Below are positions 14,041-28,581 of a stretch of 64,000 bases of DNA, in pieces. The stretch spans positions 56,548,866 through 56,612,865 of the forward strand of contig JARFYF010000094.1 in NCBI GenBank assembly GCA_030265395.1. The letters run 5' to 3'. The DNA comes from Rhina ancylostomus. Lineage: Eukaryota. Under the pieces are notes generated by a model. The model saw only the letters and a program-made list of their open reading frames with translations, was not told the origin of the DNA and searched no databases. Every line of letters begins with the position of its first letter. Position 1 is the stretch's first letter. The position numbers and the translations under genes were made by a program.

Positions 14041-15599
14041 ATCTGAAAGCTTTAATTTGTAGCTATCCACAGCTTTCTTCTGTTAGTTAATATGCTGTGA
14101 ATGCATTTAATTGTCCCATTCCCACAGGCTTCAGCATTTGTCATGAGTTTATTACATGTACTTTATCAAAAGCCTTCTGAAACTCCCAAGAAAAGAACAT
14201 CCAGTGCATTTGTCTTCTGCTTCTTTGAGTTCTTCAAAGAATGTCATTCCCATAGATCAACCAAACAGCCAATTGGAAATCATGCTATTTTTAAAAAATA
14301 TTTTTTTCATCTAGCTATGCTTCTATCACTTTTAAATTTGATTCTAGTCTGTTTCCTCAATACCGAGTTAAAATTCACTGATAAATGGTTCCTGGGGTTT
14401 GTTCCATTTCCCTTTTATATCTATGAACGACTGACACTGCATACAATATTAAATAAGATTCATAACATAAGTTACAAATATATCAGGAAATGTAAACATT
14501 TGTTAAGAATTTGATTTCAAAACAAAGAGGTTATCAATCAAAGCAGTACAAAATTTTTTTTAAATCATAAAAGTCTCCATAAAGAGCTAGCCACAAAATT
14601 GGCATAACTGGAAATTCTTTGAACTATTTCATCTGTTGATTTTCTCCAAATGGAAACTCCAATTGTGCAATTTCCCGATGGGTGTAGAGCTGAAATAAAA
14701 CCTGGAATTCCAACAATGAAGATATCAATGTTGCAGAGCATCTTGAACAAGTGCCTCACATGTGCACTCTGGAGACCTTCAACTGCTTGAAACTTTTATT
14801 GTTTTTTTTAAAAAAGCAATTGGCCATTCCTGAAAATGTTTAAACTTCCAAAGGATGTTGATCACTGCCCTTGTAATCTATTAAGAGATTTATCTCAAGG
14901 CCTTTGAGGCATCAGTCATATTGTACATTTAAAATCCTGGATAAGGACAAAAATCTTTAAGAATCCGTTTACACAATTTACATCCTTAAATAGGGCAGAA
15001 GCATTCAAGGTGAACAGCCCCAAAACAGTTAAATCATAGCATCATTAAGCACATGATTCAGTTAAAGTTCTTTGAAAAATAAAACCCTTGTGGATACAAA
15101 TGTATTATTTCTCAATTCATGAATAATCTCTAAAACCTCATTCTGGTTACAATTCACTACACTTCTGGGACAAGTTCGGCATTTCTCCCTCCACAGCTGG
15201 CGGATGTGCAATGATAATTCTTAAAAGCCTTAACTTATGCTTCCACCTGTTCCTTAAAATGCCATCTCCTCAAAACAAGGGCTCCCAATTAGAAAGGGAA
15301 ACTTAAAATGTGCATACATGCAAATCTGCACCATGGTCAAATATCATTGCAAAGAAAATCCTCAGTTACCCAAATCAGTAACAGGGATGTAAAAGCTACA
15401 CAATGCTGGTTTTCAAAACTGCTGGGGTCAGTTTGAATTCCAGGTCAAAGTGCTTTATTAAAAAAAAGTTGAAACTGTCTTATAAAATGTGAATGAGCAA
15501 GAAAATGTCTTTTATGTCAAAGTTTGAGATTATTATTCATTCCACTTACTGTTGTCTGCTTTAGTCAGCATTCTCTAATGTTCATAGCCAGATTATTAA

Positions 15600-15875
15600 C
15601 TCTATGCCATTGATTTCAACTCAGTTAATAATCTGGAATTTCCACAAAAAAAATCAGTACTAATGACGACCAAAAATTTCTGATGTGGTCCTTCAAGTGA
15701 GGAATACCCATTCAAACCACGTGTAGACTATATGTGATGCCATTACCATCAATGTGGTTCATCCTTAAATACCCCTAAAACAGTCATCACAGCACTCAAC
15801 TTAAGGGCATTAAGGAACAGGCCATAAATGCTGGTTTTGAATGGGTGGCCCATTTTTTGGGATACGAATAAGGAA
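15600..15875 (+). mobile_element. LF-SINE-like element, decayed
   Basis: ctatatgtgatgcca..aatgtggttcatccttaaatacccct..gcactca followed by the tail taaatgctggtttt..gaataa. Related copies at about 18370-18560 (-) and 36560-36720 (+). Confidence 0.45.
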
Positions 15876-16779
15876 CAAAAAACTCTGATCACTGCAAGGA
15901 TCTAGATCTAAACTGCATTTGCCTTGTCATTCATCAAATAAAGTCATGACTGTGAAATTGGAATCGCCATCAGGGACTAGATTTAAATAAGTATTAATGG
16001 TCAATGGATAGATCTGGAACTTGGGTGAAAGATCAAGTTTTAATGTACATTTGTAGATCAAGATTGAAGAAGGGAAAGGGTAAGAGACAATCCAGCTCTA
16101 TGTCTGGTCCAGAAGAAACTCCAGCTACAACTGAAGTTGCACTGGTTGACAATCCAAAACAAAACTTTTTATCAGTCATCCAATTTAATTTTGATATGCT
16201 GTCAATTAAAATGTGGATGACTTCAGCTGAAATCAGTATAGTTTTTGATTGCCCCTTCAGGTTTATGGCTTATGTTGTAATTTTCTGAATCAAAAAAGAG
16301 AATATTTACTTATTTGAAGCTATATGAGCTTGCAAGATTTCTTCTTCTGAAGTTCTCACTGCATGCCCGTCTAAATATTGAAGTTTCCAACAAATGGCCT
16401 CTATAATAATTTGAAGAAATGGCTCAAGTCCATCCATGTGCTTCATGGACTGGAAAATGTATTGGAATGTTCTGAAAGGATGTCAAAGGTGCAGCTGAAA
16501 TGCAAGACTTCCTTTGACATTCAACAAAAAGAGTAATCAGAGACCAGAAATCAACAAATTCTGCAAACTTTTGAAAAGATGATACATTCTGATTGATATT
16601 AACACAAGTGCAAAGCATGGGCAGTTTAAACATCCTCCATGCTCTCCTAGGATTCTTTTCTGAGAGCATCATGAGGTATATTCCGAGAGAAGTCTTTCAT
16701 TCTTAATTTTTAAAGGTTACAGTAGTTTTCTATACAACAGTGTGAAGTTACCCAGGTATGTACTGCTTATATCAAACCC

Positions 16780-18126
16780 AGCCAACTACTGCTCAATCAT
16801 CAGAAAATGATGGGGGATGTCATCAGTGCTCTCAAATAGCACTCATCTGCTCACCAATGCCCAGTTTGGGTTTTGCCAGGACCACTCCTTTCCATGCCTC
16901 TGCAAAGCCTTAGTCAAAGCATGGACCAAAGAGGTGAATTCCAAAGGAGATGGTGTGACTGCCCTTGACATTGAAGCAGCATTTGATTGAGGCTGACATC
17001 AAAGGACTCTGCTAAAATTGATGGGTATCAAGGGGAAAACACTCCAATGTTTGGAGTCATACCTTGCACAAAGGAAGATGGTTGTGGTTGTCAGAGATTG
17101 ATTATCCAGCCGAGGTGTACAGGAGTTACTCATGGCAGTGTCCTGCACCCCACCATCTTCAGTTGCTTTATCAATGTCCTTCCCTCTATCATAAGGTCAG
17201 AGTGGGAACATTCACTTCAATTCCCAATTCCTCAGTAAATGAAGCAGTCCACGCTTCTCTTTCTATAGATGCTAGCCAACATGCTGAGTGTTTCCAGCAG
17301 TTCTGTTTTATACAAGTCCATTCTGGCAGACAGATTTTGAACATGGGAATGAAAAATGCCTAAACATTTACACCACAAGAAAGTCAGGGAATGGCCATCT
17401 CCAACAAGGTGGTGTTTAAACATCTTCCACTGATATCACCAAGTGTCCACCATCAACATCCTTGGGATCACCACTGACCAGAAACTCAAGTGGACCAGCC
17501 ACACAAACAACAGCAGGTCAGCCATGATCATATCGAGTAGCTGAGCAGGTTCGAATGGCCTATTCATGCTCTTAATTCACACCTTCAGAGGCCATGTATA
17601 ACTCACTACCTGAAGCCCAAAAGCCCTTCCACCATCTACAAGGCACAAGTCAAGAGTCTGATGAANNNNNNNNNNNNNNNNNNNNNNNTGCTTGGACGAG
17701 TGCAGCTCCAACGACACTCAAGCTTGACATAATCCAAGTGAAAAAATTTAGCACTTCATCAACAATCCTAAACATTCATTTCCTTAACAACAGTGGCTGC
17801 AGTGGGCATTAACCACAAAATATACTACCGTAACTCACCCAGGCACCACCCAATCTCTCTACCAGCAAGTAGGACAAGGGCAGCAAATACATGGTAACAC
17901 CACCACCTGCAGGTCCTGACTTGGAATTATATTGCTGGTCCTTCAATGTTGCTAGATCTGGAACTCCCTATCCATCAGCATTATTGGGTGGGGTTACTTT
18001 CACCAGAAGAACTGCAGCCATTCAAGGTAGCAGCTCACCACTGCCATCTTAAGGACATTTGGGGATTGACAATAAATCCTGGCCTTGCCAGGAACACTCA
18101 AGATTCCAAAAAATGAATAAAAAAAG
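16780..18126 (+). mobile_element. L2/CR1-group LINE, decayed RT to 3' tail, with small nested fragments
   Basis: cagtttgggttttgccagg (QFGF), gcccttgacattgaagcagcatttga (ALDIEAAFD) and catggcagtgtcctgcaccccacc (QGSVLGP-like). Tail caataaatcctggccttgccag..gaataaaaaaa. Confidence 0.75.
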
Positions 18127-19889
18127 GCAGGTTAAGGTAAAATATTTCCATCTACAGTAGAGGATACAAACATTACATTCAATTTCAACATAAAATGCTT
18201 TAAAAGTAATCTCAGATGTTGATAATTAGCAGAGGCACTCCTATATTGGAGGGGTAAGTTGACTGTAAAAAAACTTTAAAAATCTGGACTAATTTTACAT
18301 ATCACTTTTTTTTGGCTATTCCTATATTCCTAACTTGCCAAATTGCCAGTAAAGAGTAAACCACACTGGTGAGAGTCATATTGGCCAGATCAAACAAGGA
18401 TGGTAGAATTCTTTTCCGAAAGGACATTAGCGGACTGGATGGGATTTTACAACAATCACAGATGCCATAATCAATGCTATCATTTTATTCTCATATTTAT
18501 TTGTTGTTTAAATTCCTCTACTGCCTTGATAGGATTTGAATTCATGTCCCTAAATCAATGGTGTGTGGGTTCTAATCCAGTAATTTTCCATCAGTCAGGG
18601 CTGAATTGAAACTTCAATGATTAAACTCATCATCACTATATCCCTTTAAAGTTAACCCTGCCAGCATTAAAAAACCTAAAATTTAAAAGGCTTATGAAAA
18701 GATTTTAACATTACAAAGATCTTGAAACATTTTTAGAAATGTACAAATTAAAATGTGGAGGATGTAAAATTCAGCATCTTTGAACAGCACTTTCTGAAGC
18801 CAGCTTTACAAAATGGACATACATTTTGTCCATACATATGGACATATGGTGTGATACAAGGCAGGACAAGTCTCAGATTCAAACTCCAATTTATTCAATA
18901 AAGGGTGGCAATGAGCACATTTGACCTCAAATTGAACAGACACAACTGCTGCAAGCTTCCTAATTGATGGCTCTGTAAACACTGGGTTCACTTGGATCGG
19001 GGATATTTTGTTTGTCTGATCACTCACTCCCCCATCCCCTCTGCAGTTTCAAGTTAACCTGTTTTCTCACTTTCTCAGGTCTGATGGTTTTAAACCTGAA
19101 GCAAGAACAATTGCTCTTTCTGCAGATACTGCCTGACCTTCTGAGTGCTTGCAGAATTTTCTCTTCTTATTTCACATTTCCATCATCTGCATTTTTTGAT
19201 TTTCACCTTCCACGTCACCTGGATACCAGGTCAGAGGGGTGAGGAATTATAATGTGACATCAAGAATGCTACATTATTAGAGATGCTGCCCTTCAATTAA
19301 GACACAATAAGGGTGATAGTTGTACCATTTTCAATTCAGTCAGGGGTGCCACTGCACTTCAGTCTCCAGTAACACCATAACTGCCACACACCCCCACTGA
19401 CCCCTCCCACAAAATGTGCAATCACAGACACCAGGAGAGAACTGGAGGTATTCAGTTCTCTGATGCAGATTTATCCATGAACTGCCATGAAGCGAATGCT
19501 GCTGGATAAGCACCAGTTCCCTGACCAAAATCTGCCTGACCAACCATTGTCAACAGGATCTGTCAGTTGACAAAAGATTAAGTAATTAGTGTTAAAATGG
19601 TCTGCTTCATCTTACTATAGTAAATCTGAATACATTCCCATATTGTACAGTTCACTTTGACAATGAAAATCTAAAACAAGGACGTTCCTCAAGGAATAAG
19701 AGCCTCACTCAGAACAGAGTAATTATAAAATTTGAAAGCTGTGAAACTTTCTGGCATACTAGTAGAACAGAAAGGCAACTAATGTTAAATGTAGGTTAGT
19801 TCTGTGTCCAAAGTCATCATGAACGGGGCATACCCAACCTTCACAAATCCTCTTCCGTCACTCTAAGTTCAATTTGGACATGAACAGTA

Positions 19890-20040
19890 GCTCTCACTTT
19901 TGCTCTGCATTCTCTCACTTGAGCCAAAAGATTATTGATTTGAGCCCCACTTTCAGATGAACACAAAATTTAGGCAGGACTGAGGGACAGAGCATGGTGC
20001 AAGATATTATCTGTCAAATGAGACATTAAGCTGTAAGTTT
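19890..20040 (+). mobile_element. Deu-domain SINE (AmnSINE1/SacSINE1-like), decayed
   Basis: ttgagccccact..gaacacaaaatttaggc..actgagggacagagcatggtgcaagatattatctgtcaaatgagacattaag resembles the Deu core as recalled. Confidence 0.5.
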
Positions 20041-20329
20041 TGACAACCATCTCAGCTAAATGGAAACAATACAGCACACAATTTGGATGCAGTGTTTGTT
20101 GAACACAGCCAGGTGCAAATTGACTGTATTCCCTACCATTAGTCAGTGGAAAAACACCAGCATTTATATAGCTCCTGTCACAACCATACGACATCCCTAT
20201 GTATTCAGTCAATGAAATAGTCTAATTGCTGTAACAAAGGAAAAACAGCACAAGGTAAGCGCAATATAAACAGCAAGCTCTTAATAATATGGTAATATCC
20301 AGATAACTGTTTTAAAATGCTATTCATCA

Positions 20330-20550
20330 AGAAGTAAGCATTGGTCATGACAACAGGAGTGATTTTCCTGCAAATAACCATCAAGGGTATTTTCTGTTTA
20401 CCCGAGACAGCAGTTAAGAGCCTCAGCTGATTACTTCATCTGAAAGATGCACTATGACTGTGTAGCACTCCCTTGGTGCTGCACTGGATTGCCAACCTAT
20501 ATTTTTGTGCTCTGAACTAGAGCTTGAACCTGAAACTAGTTGACTCAGCA
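20330..20550 (-). mobile_element. Deu-domain SINE (AmnSINE1/SacSINE1-like)
   Basis: Plus strand reads tcatctgaaagatgcact..gtagcactcccttggtgctgcactggattgccaacctatatttttgtgctc..cttgaacc..tgactcag, the reverse complement of the Deu core as recalled. Confidence 0.6.
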
Positions 20551-21286
20551 GTCGGAATGCTGCTGGCTGAGAGGTGCCTGACAGCAGCAACATTTCAAAA
20601 TGTGTTTGTTTGCACAGTGTGTGAAGCACTGCTGAAATGCACATATTTCATTCAACCCCATGTCACTGAACTCCAATTTGGCAATAAACTATACTGACGA
20701 GTCAAGAGCAGAATGGTCAAACTGAGATGTTCAAACTGCTGAATAGATCTTGTGTATCACTTATTATCAACTCCCTGTAATGGCTGATGATTGATAGTGG
20801 AGAGTAAGGCTTTTGGGTGATAAAATGTGTATTATGCATGCACCTCAAGCAGTCAAATTAGTTTCTCTGGTGAAAGTCCTGGGAGAAAAGCTATGTGCAT
20901 TTTTCAATTGTGAAATAATGATTGCCAAAGTAACAAAACCATACTTTTCACACAGTGAGATGCCCCACAACATGTTATAAATTCATCACCTCAAATGAGG
21001 ATGCATGATATGAGAGATAGAAAGAAGTAAATGCCAATACGCTGAAGAGGAGGTGCAGAGTTAAGAATTGGCAAGAATGTCAGTTGTTTTTTTAATGTGA
21101 GATGTAGATATAACAGATGTGTTTTCCCTGTCCCTTTGACGAGAGGGGCAGAAGTGTAAATAGCAGACATTTGACCGTTAGAACCTACGTAAGCAATTGT
21201 GTGGTGGGTTTTTGAACACCAGGGTGAACACGCTTACTTAAGTTAGTCGGCCCAGTATACAACAGATACAGTAGCATTTTGCTTTA

Positions 21287-21430
<144 letters not shown>

Positions 21431-21805
21431 TTAACACGAGCCGAACGGAGCCCAATCTGGCTCATCCTCATACAAGTGTTCTGTACAAATGGATTCCAGA
21501 AGTTAACTAGAATAACCACAATGCTTTAGGCTGGAACCTCATCTGCTAACATGGGAGTGTATCCTCCACCAGCAGAAAACAGAAATTGGTGGACAACCAA
21601 AAGTCTCCTTACGTGAAGTTTGACAAGTTTTTTTCTCCCCATTTCCAAAAGATTTATTTAGATTACTTAAGATTTCTTAATCGAACAGGAATATTCTGGA
21701 ATAAGCATCATGGAACCAACTCCTGCTGGAGATGAACACGTTGAGCCAAAACTCCCACTCTGCACCCAGATGTAGAGTTCCGGCCTCCCAGAGTTGAAGC
21801 TATGA

Positions 21806-21920
21806 CCACGGCAGGTCTCCTGGAGATGAGGCTGCCACTACAGCAGGTCTCCTGGAAACAAGGCCGCCACTACGGCGGTCTCCCAGAGACGAGGGCGTCA
21901 CTATGGCGGGTCCCCCAGAC
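21806..21920. repeat. GC-rich minisatellite, unit about 32 bp, 3.5-4 clear copies plus degenerate flanking copies (about 21775-21990)
   Basis: Units: ccacggcaggtctcctggagatgaggctgcca / ctacagcaggtctcctggaaacaaggccgcca / ctacggcggtctcccagagacgagggcgtca / ctatggcgggtcccccagac. Confidence 0.85.
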
Positions 21921-23342
21921 TTAATCCAACTGGCGCTGGACTCCTCAGACATGAAGCCCCAACTACAGTTGCTCACCCAGACACAAAGCCATGATGGTGA
22001 TTATAATTACTTATCACTTTTAACAAAAAATTCATAGTCGTGAAAGTTCAATGCAAGGATACTCCATTATATGTTTTGTTAGATAATCCATAAGCAAATC
22101 TGGACTCCAATGAGACTTACAATTGGGTATAATCAAGTGCCCTGATTGCAGGTATGCCTATAACCAAAGTTCCACCATGTTAAAGACCCTCAAGTTGCTG
22201 AGTTTCTGCACTGCCAAGGATAGTGCATACACTCCCAGCTAAGGTGGTATCAACAAGATGAATACACAGTGGCTACAACTGCATACTAAGGTTTGCACAG
22301 CAGTTCTTCTACATAAAATTTCTTGGAGTCCATATATAAGTGCTTTTCCATATGGCAGTAATCGTAAATAGTACTTTGTATGTTCCTCTTTCTCATTATC
22401 AAAGCAATAACCCAACTATGTCATTCACAGAAGCCAAGGGATAGGGGTTGTTCTAAAAATATTACATGTTGGCTGCAAAACCTAGCTGGAGTAATGTAGT
22501 GGATTAAAGGAAACCAACTGAAGTCTATGACTGTAAAAATCAATTTCAAAAATAGAGATTTTAATAAATTAAATCAGATTATTTGGGTTGTGACATTTTA
22601 TGACCTGTGAAAGGTATCTGTAATTGTGAAATTTAAAGGTGTATTGCTGTACTGAAAGTACCAGATATTAAAAGATGCAGTTCACTTAGCCACATTGAGC
22701 ATAAGTATCACAGTATTGTACATCTGGTCTTCAACAGTCCGAGCCACATCAGTGATAGCAGTGGTGGTGAATGCTGTTGCTAGTTTACTAATAGCTACCT
22801 TCTGTTCATGAAGGTATTTGTGCAAAATTGTGCAGTATCCTTGTGCTGCCATTTGGTTCTTCTGGCACGCTGTGTCAACAGACAATAGCCCAAAAATTAG
22901 AGCATAACCAGGACATTAATTCATCAGCACAAAGATTTTAAAGAACAATTTCAAAACCTGCCACTCCTGGCATTGACGAAAAATTCCTTGGTCCTACTAA
23001 CTGTTCATTGGCTTGTTTTGGCTCCGTTGCCTAAATAGACAAGTTTTAAGCATTATCTGGTGATACTAAAATGTGGTCAGTCACAATACCAGAAAAAAAA
23101 AGTGACATAACACGCTCAATGTAATGGGAACACAGATGAAATAGGATTAAAGTTTTCTAAAAAAAAATTTACTGCTCTCCAATGAAATCAAACCATAAGC
23201 AAAAGTTACAAACTGCAAAACCCACCACTTAATTTTACGATATTTATGTTGGAAATACTAAAATGACTTTTAAAATTTAATCATTTTGAAGTTCTTCAAT
23301 CTTGGTTGTCACTGGTTGTAGGTGGATGTCTGTGATCTAGTA

Positions 23343-23471
23343 TTTATTTTTAATCCCTCCATAGATCACCACCATCGGGACCCTGGTGACCATTTTACTT
23401 TGGTGTTGCAACTGGCTTTATTTCTGAAGTTTTAACCTTTATTCAGTTTTAGAAAAAAGGAAATACTTTAT

Positions 23472-23472
<1 letters not shown>
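23343..23472 (-). promoter_or_regulatory. Cluster of four intronic polyadenylation signals (AATAAA) in WDR33 intron 6
   Basis: Plus-strand tttatt at 23467-23472 (overlapping the stop codon), 23438-23443, 23417-23422 and 23343-23348. TGTA motifs lie upstream on the minus strand at about 23493-23496 and 23521-23524. Confidence 0.6.
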
Positions 23473-23951
<479 letters not shown>

Positions 23952-25479
23952 TTAAGAGAACAAAAAGTACTGAATACATTCTCAGGTGTGTTACAAATGT
24001 TAATTTCCATTCAAAAGCATCAGTTTAGGTGCTGGCTTTAGTAATACTTGACCAGCCTAAGAATCTATTTCAGGATAATAAGCTCTTGAAGGTGGCTCAG
24101 TACACTAGAACCTACAATAAATATTCACTGGTATTTCTCTGAACCTGTTTACACATGGCTCTGATAATATTTCAGGAAAACAACTAGGCTACTTCTACTG
24201 TAGTAAAGGGCACTTGAAGACATCGGCACTGAATATGATGAAAGTGAAATGGCCTATGACATGTCAGCATTTGACACTAATGCTAGAAATGAGGACAGAG
24301 CAGGTACTCCGTACATTAAACTCTGTACATTATCACAAATCAACCCCAGCAACAATATCCTCAAAACTACAAGCAAGTAACCCTATTAACAGCCTGGGCT
24401 GCATGGTGACTTTATAGACTCCAGATATGGCACAGAAGTATATTTCCTAAATGGGATGTTGTTTCTAAGTAATATGAGCAAACTAGATGGAACTATTAAA
24501 GTTTAACAACTGAGGTTAAAACTCTGAGAATAACATGTACAAAAAAAACAGTAAGTGCAAAAATCAAATGCAAAATGAAGATCATGGAAAAATATTACAT
24601 ACTCTGGATCTCTGTGAAAGAGAATTACAGATTACGAGCTCTGATGCTATTGAGATGATCCTAGACAAGGAAATCATCAAGACAAAATTGACTGATGCTT
24701 CTCTAATATGATGTTTTGTGAAACTGAGAATATTAACACCACAGTAAAGATATGGTGATGGAACAAATCTATGATGAAGAATTGATGTTATTGTTCATGG
24801 GAGCAGTGAAGCAGTAAAAGAGATGATTTAGTGATAATTGAATAAGATGGGAAGGAGGGAAGACACAGAAACCAGTATTGTATGAGCCTTGTCAAAAAAC
24901 ATTAATTTGTGTTGTACATTTTGCATGGAAATTTAAATATGTAGAAATGATTGAAAATCAATGAAGCAACAAAATACTACATTGGTATAAGAAAGCATTT
25001 CTGAAACTCAGCATACAGCATAGCATACCCTGGAACAGACTGCACACCGGGTAATGGCAAAGGGAGAAACCAGCTTATTGCTGTTAAGAATCAATTATCT
25101 AAATAGGAAATTGAATGCGAGTAATGCTATTTAAGCACATCATGAATTTAAAATTAAAGTAAAAGGGGAAAAAGTTGTGGATCAATAAGTCTCAAACTCA
25201 ATGATGGAAAAATCCTATAAATATGGAGAAGATAAATGAAAAATATATTGCTCGTAATGTCGGCATGGCTGTCACTAGAACTTGAAATCATTAGTGCTGA
25301 AGTGAATTGGAACAAGCGTAAAACAAGACCCAAAACCTAACTTCACAAGTGATTGTCCAATAGTTGCTTTTTATTGTGTCCACAGTAACAAAAGACTGCT
25401 GTTGAATACTACTGATAGCAAAAGCGTAAGTCCAATGGCATGCATGTAATCAGTTTGATTGCCTGTTACCTTCTATTGG

Positions 25480-25700
25480 CAGTCTCTCAGAACAGAGGAT
25501 GAATTCTTCCACTCCAGTTCTGTGACAGCCAATGGGGCCAGTGTGGGATCTGCAACTCTGCCAAAGGTGGGGCCAAATGGTGTTTGACAGGGCAGGTGAG
25601 TGGAGAGGTGGTGTGCTCCTGAAGAACAAGCGCACCTCACCACAAGGAAGCATGCATAATTTGTGCCACAGTTTCCCTGAGGTCAGGTTTATAATCTCAG
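25480..25700 (-). mobile_element. RTE-type LINE 3' end fragment
   Basis: ttccactccagttctg..ggccagtgtgggatctgcaactctgcca is the reverse of the RTE 3' end at about 12090-12160. A similar copy lies at about 36865-37090. Confidence 0.6.
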
Positions 25701-26004
25701 ATTGGACAATCAACAGGTAACAGTACCAAGTAAAATTAGAATGAGAAAACTTCTCCATCTTGTATGTATATCTGGAAAGCTGGGCAGAGATGTGAGACAA
25801 GATGCCAAACTTGTCAAAGTACAAAATGGACAAGAATGTGAAAATCTGAAAAATTATCACACAGCAAAGAAGCAAGTGCTGACAGGAGCAAGTTTCTGGA
25901 GTTTCTGACAAAAATAGCCTAGAATAATTGTATGGATCAATGGATACCTCCCTAATCAAGCAAAAATGTTTCGCCTAAACTCTACAATTAACAAATGAGC
26001 ATTT

Positions 26005-26297
26005 AAGATTAAGATATCTTTATTAGTCACATGTACATCAAAACACATGGTGAAATGCATCTTTTGTGTAGTGTTCTGGGGCAGCCCACAAGTGTCGCCA
26101 TGCTTCCGGCACCAACATAACATGCCCACAACTTCCTAACCCGTACATCTTTGGAACATGGGAGGAAACCGGAGCACCCAGAGGAAACCCACAACAACAC
26201 GGGGAGAACATACAGACTCCTTACGGACAGCCGCCGGAATTAAACCCGGGTTGCTGGCGCTGTAATAGCATTATGCTAACCACTACACCACTGTGCC
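26005..26297 (-). mobile_element. tRNA-derived V-SINE, apparently full length
   Basis: Minus strand: ggcacagTGGTGTAGTGGttagc (Pol III A box), GGTTTAATTCC (B box), V-domain gggtttcctctgggtgctccggtttcctccca, and tail catgtgactaataaagatatcttaatctt. Confidence 0.88.
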
Positions 26298-26446
26298 TGT
26301 TTATCAATGATAGAACTGTTGTAATGCATAACAGGCACTTAGTTTCAATGGATACATTAGAAATAACTTGTTTAGAAATTTGTTGTTACAGCACAGAACA
26401 CATTCTATAACTCCACTCTGTATCATCAATGTTTCTCCCTTCCCTA

Positions 26447-26557
<111 letters not shown>

Positions 26558-27590
26558 CTAAATCAGAACAAAAGCAATCATTTACACAGAAATAAACAGC
26601 AAGCACAACAAAAAAGTAAATTTACAGCTGCCTCTCTAACACAAGAACAGTCTATCTTTTAACAAGACTGGTAAACATTTCTAGGTGGTCCATGACAGAG
26701 CCATAGGCTTTGGTCATAGGTTCATGATTAATGGGAGATCTAATAAGTTTTTAAACTATAGTGGCAGATATATAGAGATCATACATTACTCCTGTTACAT
26801 GTTGCAACTGTACAAAGCCTTCAAGGCAGCCAAAATATTCCATTGCAATTCAACCTTGGAAAGCTGAAACCCACCCATCAGGTGAGAGCAAATACATGGG
26901 CATGGGAACGCCCATATCAGTGAAGTACATTAAGAATGCATGCATTTAACATGGTCCTGCAAAAGCGGTCAAATTTAAATTCCTGTCCATCCATAATTCC
27001 CATGGTAGCAGTTCATACAACCTTACATTCAGATCTGAATGGCAACCAGTGTAGTAAAGGCAACTAGTGTAGAACCAAAATTTTTTGCTGCTTATGTTAA
27101 TTAAACACAGGCATAAAGAACAGACACATTGAATTGAACCAGAATGGAATTTCTGCTATCTCAACACTGATGAGGTTTTCATTAATAGCACAGAAATGAA
27201 ATGTTATGAACAAGAAATATGATGGCATTAGAAGTAGCAAGTGTTAATTCATAAAGGACATTAAAAAAGCAATGAAGTTGAGTGCCAATAATGTCATTGC
27301 ACAGCAATAATTAGCAAGGTAAAAAGAATAACAAGGGGAAAATCTCAAATAAATAAGACATTCTGAACTTGACCAAAGCATTTCTGAGATCATGCATCAA
27401 AGTGGTGAACTAACCAAAATTTCAGAAGCAATGGACTGATGGTGTAATGAAGATGACTCGTGTATAGCAATTGAGATTGTGATTTTTCAAAAACTGGGGT
27501 CCTAATCAGATAAGTGCTTTTTAGATGAATGTACAATCCATGGCAAGACTAAAAGATTCACAACTCAATATTCTTCCCTTGAGAACTTAC

Positions 27591-27695
27591 CCTGACAACA
27601 AACACTGGACACTTCACTTTATTAGTTGAGGTTCGGACAAACTTTGTTGTTACAGCATTCATTGGATTCTGCAGCATTCCCATGGGTGGCACCAG
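27591..27695 (-). CDS. WDR33: WDR33 exon 4 (105 nt)
   Basis: ttccAG|CTG GTG CCA...GTC AGG|GTaagt. Translates [35 protein letters not shown]. Confidence 0.97.
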
Positions 27696-28069
27696 CTGGA
27701 AAATATTGAAGACACAGATGTAAGACAACTTTTTCATCTGTACCATATGGCAAGATCAACTAACAGAACCAATGGCAATGGCAAAATCCCCTTAAGACAG
27801 CCAAGGAAGCCAGCAACACAAAAGATAATTAAAGATCCACAAAGTCATCAATAGAACCAACCCAACATCATAAATCTTCACAGTACACCAAAACAGCTCA
27901 GACCATAGATTGGTACTCGATGGTCAGCATGAACTGGGTGTGCTGTGTGACTCTATGATCAACCAAAACTGACTGAAATTACACCATACAAATAATTGCA
28001 CAATTTATACAATAGTCTAATCAGCCCCTCTACTTGGACTTACCAATGTCGCCCATGGTCACTCATAAT

Positions 28070-28530
28070 TATCACAGAATGGTAACTTTGCAGGAGACAG
28101 CCACCTGTTTTATCCAGCCAACACATGTTCCTAGTTGAGCAATCCCATCATGCACACTTATCCAGCTCTTTTTCCAAACATGCAAATTATTCTCTCAAAA
28201 GTACCTGACCCATTTCCGCCATGAAGGCACTGATTGGTTCTATTTCCATTGTTCAAGGGGTTGAATACCAGATTATCACTATTCTTTGTATAAAAATGAT
28301 TTTCTCACATTCCATCTTTTGCCCAAAATTTAAACCTATGCCTTGTTCTTGAATCAAGCACAAATGAGAACATCCCTCTAACTGCCCTTTCTAAAGTCCC
28401 TCTACTTATACTTCCTGAAAGAGTTATGATCTTTTATATCTCGATCAAATCAATCCTGAAACTGCTTTATATCAAGGAGAACAATCCCAGTTTCCACAGT
28501 GTGACTGTGTAAGTGAAGTCCCTCATCCTG
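28070..28530 (-). mobile_element. CR1-type LINE 3' fragment, decayed
   Basis: atcacagaatggta..caggagacagcca; ttaaacctatgcctt; aaggagaacaatcccag. Confidence 0.6.
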
Positions 28531-28581
28531 TAGTTCCAAATTGAATTACATGGAATACATCCTCGGCTGTACGATAATTGG

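Noticed and set aside
14101-14514. 137-aa hydrophobic plus-strand ORF
   Set aside because: It lies antisense to decayed LINE sequence in T-rich DNA. The Phe/Leu richness reflects base composition, and there is no splice or homology support.
21806-21920. CRISPR-like array of 32-bp units
   Set aside because: The units are contiguous with no unique spacers and lie in a vertebrate intron, so this is a minisatellite.
25450-25959. 169-aa minus-strand ORF in intron 5
   Set aside because: It starts at a non-ATG codon, overlaps an RTE 3' fragment and has no protein-like motif.
26230-26297. tRNA gene suggested by Pol III A and B boxes
   Set aside because: There is no complete cloverleaf, and the segment runs directly into a V-domain and LINE-like tail, so it is a SINE head.
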